This document shows, piece after piece, positions 8,001 to 17,000 of a stretch of 20,442 nucleotides of DNA (within the stretch, counting starts at the first letter, position 1; every line of letters starts with the position of its first letter). Position numbers and translations under genes: made by a program. Under the pieces are notes generated by a model, which was given only the letters and a program-made list of their open reading frames with translations, had not been told where the DNA came from and ran no database searches. The stretch comes from an uncultured virus (IMG/VR IMGVR_UViG_3300045391_007423) (taxonomy: Duplodnaviria > Heunggongvirae > Uroviricota > Caudoviricetes). The stretch lies in the IMG/VR virus record IMGVR_UViG_3300045391_007423. One strand, given 5' to 3'.

Positions 8001-11000
8001 ACTGGCTGAGCGAACTTCGGCAGTCATTCCTGAAACAGATAACAGTCAGAAGGACTTTGCGCCTCGCGACCATGGCAGTTATCAAGGAGCAGACTTTCTC
8101 AAGATCCGTCAGAACATGCGTGATCTGCTCAAGAAGAGCCCGGACTTCTATCTGGGTGATCAGCAGTTAAGCGCAACCTCACAGCAGTTCTATAACCATC
8201 CTGATCTGCTCAACATGCTGCGTCAGAAGATGATGCAGCGAACAGACCCCAGGGCACAGGATCTGCTCAAACGACTCAATGTCGCCCAGCGTGCCACACC
8301 AGTGATCAAAAAGTGGCAGGCGGAGCTGGATGATCTGCAACGGGGAACATTTCTGTACAACCGCAAAGATGAGGCAGGCGAGAAAATTTCTGTTCCACCA
8401 GAAGTGACTGAGCTAAATAATGCCATCGGGAAGATCCAGGCTGCTGAGCAGAGCAAAGGGCGTATTCCTGATCTTTCTCAGGCAGAGCTTGAAGCCTATC
8501 AGACGATGCTGGCCCAGCGTGTCCAGAAATACTACTCCCCTGAGCAGCAGCAGCGCCATGATCAACTGACCGCGCATCTCGCGCATGCCGGTGGACAATC
8601 AGCTCAGCAACTGGTCTCGCGGATTATTCATCCCACGATCAATCAGTATGATCCAGACCAGAAGCAGATGCAGCAAGTGCCGAGTCCTCACTACGATAGT
8701 GAGTTGTCCCGCTTCGCTCGCTATAAAGCCACCCAACTGATGGTCAATGCGAAGATGACGCCTGCGATGCTCCAGATGCTTGCTAATCGTGGTCTCTCGC
8801 TGATGCCTGGAATTGATAACCCGGATGCACGTAAGCATCTGCTTGACATCATTCATAGCTTCCAGGGAGGTCGTGAGGCGCTGCTGGGTTCTGGGATAGA
8901 TCAAGAAGGTATCGCGCTCAATGATGACATGCTGCAAGGTTTGCCGTTACAAGAACAGAAACTGCTCCAGCAGATGTTCTCCACTGGTGCTGGTGGGTAT
9001 CGGTCTCTGGGCAGCGACGATGCGACCACAGCGATCAATCAGCTTGTCACCGAGCGTGGCAAGGTGACACGTTTTAGTACCGATGATCCTGCCATTCCAA
9101 TGCAGTTCAGTCACCTGGCACCGGCTCTTACTGCCATCCAGGGGTATGCCTCTTCTCTTGAGGGCAATGTTCGCGGTACAGAAGGAGGGATTGCTGATCC
9201 TGACGCGGTAAGGGCGCTTCCTTCTCAAGCGGAAGTTACACGTCTTCAAGGGATCACTGGCAGTGATGCAACCGATTATCATCGACTCAAGGAGCTGGCT
9301 GACGAGCCGATCAGTGATGAGGATTTCCAGTTCCATTCACTCGGTTCCGCAACGCCTCTCTCGACCCTGGAGACGCGCTATACCGATATGCTGGGACTGG
9401 GACGTGCTCATCAATCGGGGAATGCTCTTCTGGGCAATGCGAGTCCTGATGCTCGTGAGTATCTGACCACGATCTCCAATCGTCTGGATACCGTTCAACG
9501 TATCCGGCAGGCGATGCAGAACCCGGATAATCATCTGCGCTGGGCTCAGACGCTCCGTGTGGTACAGCGTGCGACAACGGGTGAGGATGTCTCAAACCGG
9601 GGACTTCCACCAGAAGGTCTTTCACCCAAAGAGCAGAAGGCATGGATAAATGCGCCAGAGAATCGAGATCCCGTTCGCACACTCTTTGAGAAACGAACCA
9701 ATGATCTCTCTGGTGGCACACGAACAATGGACTCGCTCATTGAGTTCATCTCTGCCATGAACCAGGCCAGTGAGCACATTGAAAAGACAGGAACGATCCG
9801 GCGTGCCCATCTTGATCGTGTACTTGGGGCACTGCATCAGGACCCGAATGATCCTGCCTATACGATGCTGCGTCAACTGGAACAGCAGGCAGGATTTAGT
9901 ACCGGCAGAAGGAGTAAGGACCGTCATACAGAGATCCCTCTTTCTGCAATCACTGCCAATAGCCCGGCAGGTGATCGTGGTAATGCAGCCGCCCAGCTCA
10001 CTCGTGTGCCTCTGCTTCCTGGACGGGAGTATCGCTTCCGAGGTGGTCGCAAAGGCTACGATGATCTGACCTATACCCAGAACCAGCTTTTTGGGAAAGG
10101 AAAACAGATCTCCGCCAGCACTCATCTGGTTGGGACACTGCATCCTTTTGTCTCAGATGGAAAGGAGATTCCCTTCGGACTGGCTCAGAGCCTGGCAACG
10201 CATCGGAAGCACTATATGCTCTCATCACAGGAGACCAAAGCTTACGATAGTGCCAGCCCGGATATGCCACTGCGCCCACTATTGGAGTTCCGCACTCAGC
10301 ATGAAGGGCAGTCTGTCTCCTTCCCGGTGCATCCAGGCCAGCTTGAGATGATCCCAACCGATCGTTCGTCTCAGGCACAAGCTCAGCAGCAAGAGGCTCA
10401 GCGCTGGCAACAGGTTGCTGAGATCAATCGACAGCGTGAGGGTGGGGAGTCTGATGAGCGAATTGCCAAAGCTCAGGCAGCGGCCCAGCAAGCACGTCAG
10501 AAACGCATCAGCGATATGCAGGCGAACCGTGAGCACTTTATCCGTCGCAAACGGAATGAAGGACTGGCTCTGCTGAAGAAAGGCAGTATTCCAGCTCGAC
10601 CCTTCCAGGGCTTCTCTGGTGGCTATTCCCCTCTTGCCGCACTTCAGGAACGTCTTGCGGCGCTTCCACCAACAGTTGTCCGTCCACCACGTCCAGGTTT
10701 CGATCCATCCCGGCCCAAAAGTCAAGATATGTACGAGACCCAGGGGTATGATCTCTCGACCCTGCCTGAGCGTCCTGCTCGTAGTGAGCAGGGTCTCGGA
10801 CGTATTGATCCAAATACAGTATTCAGGTATCTACTTCAATATCAATGGCGCAATCGGGGCAACCCTGTCCCGAACTTCTCTCTGGATACCTTGCTTTCCT
10901 CATCGTTTTCTCCTTCGCTGGAAACGACACCACTCACCGATTATCAGCCTGTCCCGGATCATACATTGGGACTCTACCAGAGTGTGCCAGCTCCACAACT

Positions 11001-14000
11001 GCCACTCTCAGCCTACCAGCCGGTGCCAGCGTATTCTCTGGGACTCTACCAGAGCGTACCTGCATCGGTTCAGCGACCAGCACCGGAGCCTCCGACACGC
11101 CCCTGGTACAACGAGCCAGGGATGTTATTACCCGACGATGACGATCTCGAGAGCCTGATGGCGAATGCTCCAACCCTCGAAAGAGGGAAGGGGCTTTCGT
11201 CGTTTGCCCTCTCCAGCCTGCTACCCTCACGCGATCAGGTCGCCCCACTTTCACCACCAACAACAGCAGCACTTCAGTTTTCACAGATACAGCAGCAGTA
11301 TCCTGACTCCTGGTATCCTGCGCACATACGGTCGATCCCATCACGGTTGGGCTATGGCGAGGGGAACTATACGCCACTGCTGCTTCCTCAAACAATTGCC
11401 TCCCAGAACTACCCGGATCGCGGCAATGGGATCTATCGTGGCAAGGGATTTAAATTCTATCGTGGAGCTGAGACCCCAGGTGATCTGGCTGGTCCCGGTG
11501 GTTTTGTCATGCAGGGGCTTCCCTTTGATCCTCTGGCAGGTCCTGCTGAGGGAGTGCCTGCTGTTATTCCTCTGGGAGCACACCAGGAACCTGTTCCACC
11601 ATTAGGGCTTCCTGCTGGCCCACAACCGGCTGCACTGCTTCCTCAGCGTGCCCCTGGCCTTGCACAGAATCGTCAGGATGCTCTTGGGGCGCTTCGACTT
11701 CTGACAACAATGCCACGGACCATGCAGACAGCAACTGTTCGCCTGGCTCGCAATCAGATGACGCGGCCCAATCCGATGCCGAGTCTTCCTCCGATACAGC
11801 GTCCCCCACTGATGTTACCTTCACCCGGTCGAGCGGAGAACAGACGGCTGCGTGCACGTGGACTCAATCAGGCACAACACTTTTTGCGTGTTACCCAACC
11901 CGTTGAGATTGCTGGCAGTAATACAGCCGCCAGCGCCAAAACCATTCGTTTCCATCCGCTTTCATCTGACCAGCGGCAGGCCATTGATGATCCAGCCTAT
12001 CATCATATTTTTCAAGGTGGTCCTGGTGCAGGTAAATCGGATATTCTCTCATCCAAACTGCTGGATATGTTCTCCAAAGGAACGATCCATCCCAGTACCG
12101 TTGTCTCGACCTCTCCCATGCACTCTGGTGTCTCTGAGTTGAACGCTCGCTACGAACGCAATATCCGGCCACTGCTGCCAAACCATGGCTATAGCCTGCC
12201 AGCTCCACGAACCTTGCATTCTCTGGCAAGTAGCATTGTCTTTCCCCATGGTACGCCCTCACCACATCTGAGCGCGATTGGTCGAGGCAACGTCACTGGC
12301 ATTCTTGCTAATCCAACAGAAGAAGAACTCTCGCTGCTCGGACCCAAAGAGCAGGATGAGGAACGCGATAAGCAGTATCGTTTCCTGCGTCAGACACTTA
12401 TAAGCACCTTTCCCCATGAGGCAAATCTGCCGAAGAGTAATCAGGAACTTCAGTATGCCCTCAATGATATCGGTAATGTGAAGCTCAATCGCTATATGCC
12501 CGGCAGCGACTATGACGAACGTATGGCGCGTGGGCAGCAGGATATAACGGCTGGCAACTATACCGAGAATGGGCGACTTGCAGCCTACGAGACACAAATG
12601 CAGCAGCAGGGCTATGTAGACTTCAATGATCTACCAGCAATGGCTCAGCAGCTTATCGGCCATACTGGTGTCCAGGGTCTCCCTGCCTATTTACAGAGTA
12701 TGCGTGGCATGGTCGTTGATGAGGGACAGGATCTGGTCCCTGCCTTTCAGAAGCTGCTTCAGTCTATCCTCAGTGTTCTTCCGCAATCTCCACATATGCT
12801 GGTTTCCCTTGATCCTATGCAGCAGATTGTTCCTGGTGCCATTCCTGCGGAGAAGGTTATCCCGACCTATCATCAGATGATGCAATCGACGGGTCAGGGG
12901 ATCGCGCATCATCAACTCAATGAGAACTATCGATCCGATCAGGAAACGATTGCCTTTAATAATGCGATCCTGCGCACCAAAGCCATGGCAAACGATCAGG
13001 GGAAGAGTCCTTTGCAACGGCCCCCTGATCACATGCCGATCGCACGTGGGCGACCTCCTGAGTTTCTGCTGGCAAAGTCACAGCCTGCCGTCTACCAAAA
13101 AGCCTTCTCCAAGATGCTCGATCTCTCCGGGGTTGATCCTGCACGCATGAAACAAAACATTGAGCAAGGACAACATCCCTTTGAGGGCGTCGATTGGAGT
13201 CAACCAGGGATGACAAAGCCCGGTGATATTGTCGCCCAGTTTCCTATGCCAGCCGAGCGCGAGGTCTTTGAACATGTAGCCCCTGATGTCCTTCAGAACC
13301 GTCTGGGGGTCAATCAGATGCAGGCTCGTTCTGCCTTCCAGCAGATGTATCGCGCTGGCATCCCTGGCAAAGATAGTCGTAAAGACGAGCAAGAACTGTT
13401 TGCCAATCGTGGGGCCTTCCGTGGCCTGACCGTAGGACAATCACGTGGCCTGGATGCCAGATACGTCATGAGTGATGTTGGGCGTGTCGGCCAGTGGATT
13501 AATAATGAGAATGAAAGTTCCCATCTCCGCAACCTCTTTATTGAAGGGAGCCGAACCCAGCATGGTGGGCAGAACTTCTTCATGGCGGCAAGCAATCCCT
13601 TTAATAAGAGTCAGATGCAATCCTTCGTACGAGGAACACCCTTTGTCGATGATGGTGAAACAGTCAAGCTAGGTGGGAAGTCAATCCTGCCGAAGAATAC
13701 CACCGTCTTTGAACACTACCAGGGGCAGACCGTTCCCAATGGGTTTAAGGAGATCCTGGGTCTCAAAGATCAGGAACTGCAAGGTTTTACGAAACAGGGC
13801 CAACCATCGCCGTCACCACAACCATCGCCGTCACTGACGACCCCAACCATTGTTGACTCAACGCTGGCACCATCTCCTCCCTCCTCTTCTTCCACATCAG
13901 GAGGGCAACAGATTGATACGACACAACCTATCACAATTCATGGCAAAGATATCGTGGTAAATCAGTCTGGTGGTATGAGTCTTGCTGTTCCTTCATCCCA

Positions 14001-17000
14001 GGCACTTCCCTCACCAGCGCCAGCGAACCCGACATCCTCCTTCAGTGCAACGCCTCCCAGTGGTTGGGGTGGTGGACCCTTATCCGGGAAACAGATCTAT
14101 GATCAGATTACTAATCCTACCGGCACTTCACCCTCCTCTCCCTCTTCTGGTCAGGGTAGTAGCAGAAGCACTGGTCGTGGTGGAGGGAGCCGTTCAGGCA
14201 GTGGTGGTGGCCTTGTTTCAGTAGGAAACAGTAGTGGCGGTAATGCTGGGGATATCTTCATTAATGCAACTGGTGGTGGTGGCAGCCGCTCTGGTGGTGG
14301 AGGTGGTGGCAATAAGTTTGCCTCAACGATCTCAAACCTTGGGCGTACTGCCGCCCGTATTGGTTCTGAGATGCAGTTTGTGGGCCAGCTCTTCACCACG
14401 ATGACTGGTGGGGCTGTCACGCAAGGATCACAGTATCGTCGCGCAACGGTTCCGATGACGGGTGGCGATGGCACCTCCGGGTTCTTTAACTACATGCAGG
14501 GCCAGCAAGGCATCGCTGCCTATCAGTCAGGGACGCTTCCGATGTATAGCGATACCCAGATTGCTCAGAATATGCAGGCAATGCTCGGTATGACCAATGC
14601 TCGCTTTTCTGGACAACAGACACTGGGGCCACTTACTGATATGCTCGGGATCTCCGCGATGACCGGGATTGATCCGACGCAACTGATGCAGCAGATGACC
14701 TATGCAACCTCCTATACCAGTCAATCACCACAGAGTAATCTCACGAACACTCAGCACCTTTCAGGTATGCTGGGCAGCCTCTATGGCAATAATCTGACGG
14801 CAACCAATGTCACCAATACGTTAGGGGCGCTGGATAACAGTCTGCCAACACTGCAAGGCATCTCTCCCTCAAGTAGTGATAATCAGACCGCCCAGTTGAT
14901 GTCCATCTTCAAGCTTGCCCTTGGCTCTGGAATGAGTGATAGCAGTCTGGGCAATGTCTCTACGACTGTTAATTCTCTGGCCCAGATGGGATCAGCTCCC
15001 AATCTTCAGCAGCAGTATGCCCTCTCCAATCTCTTTGGGTCCCAAAATATGACGGCCAATCCTGATCTGGTCAGCTTTAATACCGGCCAGCATCAGCGGC
15101 AGGAGCAACTGCAAGAACTGGATCTCCAGCAAAATATTGGCAATGGTCTCTCCCTGCCCAACTTACAGATCCAGATTTCTCAGGCGACTATCTCGATGGA
15201 TAAGGCTCAGCTTGATCTTTCCTCCTTTCAGCAGCAAGAGAATGTCGCCCAGTATGGCGCATCACAGTACCAGTATCAGATTGATCAGGCCCAGTACCAG
15301 GCATCGCAGTTTCAGCAGCAATACGCAACCGCTCAGTACAATGCCGCCGCCTTTAATCAGCAGTATAACCAGGCGCAATTTAACCAGAACCAGTATATGC
15401 AGAATCAGTTGTATGGCCCGATCGGTGCTGATGCCTCACGCACAAGCTACTACAACTGGCTACAAAATCAGCAGGCGACCCAGTATAATGGTCTTTCCCC
15501 TGAGTCGGCAACCCAGTTGCAACCCTCGCAAACCTTTGGACTCAAAAATGAAGAGTTCTATTCCTCGATGGAGAATCAGCGCAGTCAACTGGTGCTGAAT
15601 CGCTCACCGCTTTTAAGTGATGCTGCCTTCCAGAACCAGATGAAAAACATCGATCAGCAGGAGAACTTCTATAAGCAGGAGATCGATCTCCAGAATCAGC
15701 AACGCGCCTTCGACAAAGACTGGCAGCAGAAACAACTGGATGTCCAGAATAATCTGCTGACCTATCAGAAAAAGCAACTCTCCATTTCACAGAACCTGCT
15801 AGATATGCAGGGCAAATATCTTTCTATGCAGGGCAATCTGCTGACGATGCAAGGGAAGCAAATTACCTTACAGGGCAATGTCCTTGATATTCAGAAGAGT
15901 CAGTTTGGACTCCAGCAGGAAGAGGCTAGCTATGAGCAGCAAGAACTGACTCTGCAAAACACCTATTTGCCAACCGAGACTAGTGATATTGCTGCCATGA
16001 GCGTTGCGCTCCAGCAGCAAATTCAGGGAGAAGGACCAGTTAATGGAGGGATGGTTCAGCCAGATCAAATTATCCAGGCCCTTGCTGGTCAGAAGCTGTC
16101 TGATAAGAGTCTACGTGCCGAGGTCAATACCTTTGGTCTGCCCCCGGACCAACGGGACACCCTGGTCAAACTGGTAGAAGAGCTGCAAAAAAATGGGGGG
16201 AATATGGCTGATGTTGAGAAGCAGCTCAATAGTAGTAGTGATAAAGGACTCAATGCTGATCTCCAAAATATGATCAAGCAGGGTGCTTTCCAGGATCTGA
16301 CCCATACCGCTTCTGCCAGTAATGCCTCCCTTGATTTTGCCGGAGTTGGAGCAAACTGGCAGAAGCTGATCGGCTATGAACAGAGTATCGATACTTCCCT
16401 CAAAAGTATCGCGAGCTTCTTCAATAGTCGATCTCCTCTGCTGCTCTTCATTGGAGAGATCGGCAATATTCTGGGGCCACTCTTTATGATCATGGCAACA
16501 ATCATGAACTCCCTGGGCTTTTTCTCTTCATTGTTTGGTGGGGGAGCTGGCGCGGCTGGCGCGGGGACTGCTGGATTAGGCGCAACCGCTCTGGGAGCCT
16601 TTGGCCTTGCCGGTGGCGTTGGTGTCGGGATGATTGCCAATCTCATCAATGGCTGGACGCAGTGGACACCCCAGAGTGGGATCAATGATCAGCAGCAACA
16701 AGGGAATTTCTGGAATGTCGTCAATCCGTTCCAGGGCATGTATGACTCATCAGCCGGGATGAAAACATGGTGGCAAGCCTGGAATGATCCGGCCTATGCA
16801 GATAAAGCCTATGGAAAAGGGACCGGAAATATTGTCAAAGGTGTTGATAACACCCTTGGTGGATGGGGACAGGACTGGAATAATGCCTGGAACCCGAACT
16901 ACTGGAATAAACAGCAACAACCTGCCACATCAGCAGCACCATCGGCCCCGGTCAATCGTCTTGCTGGCCTTGCTGGCAATGCGAGTTCTTCTGTCCCTCC

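Noticed and set aside
5041..13590. Intein or group I/II intron explaining the helicase inserts
   Set aside because: I saw no intein splice motifs (C/S...HN-C/S/T) or homing endonuclease motifs at the domain edges, and the frame is continuous.
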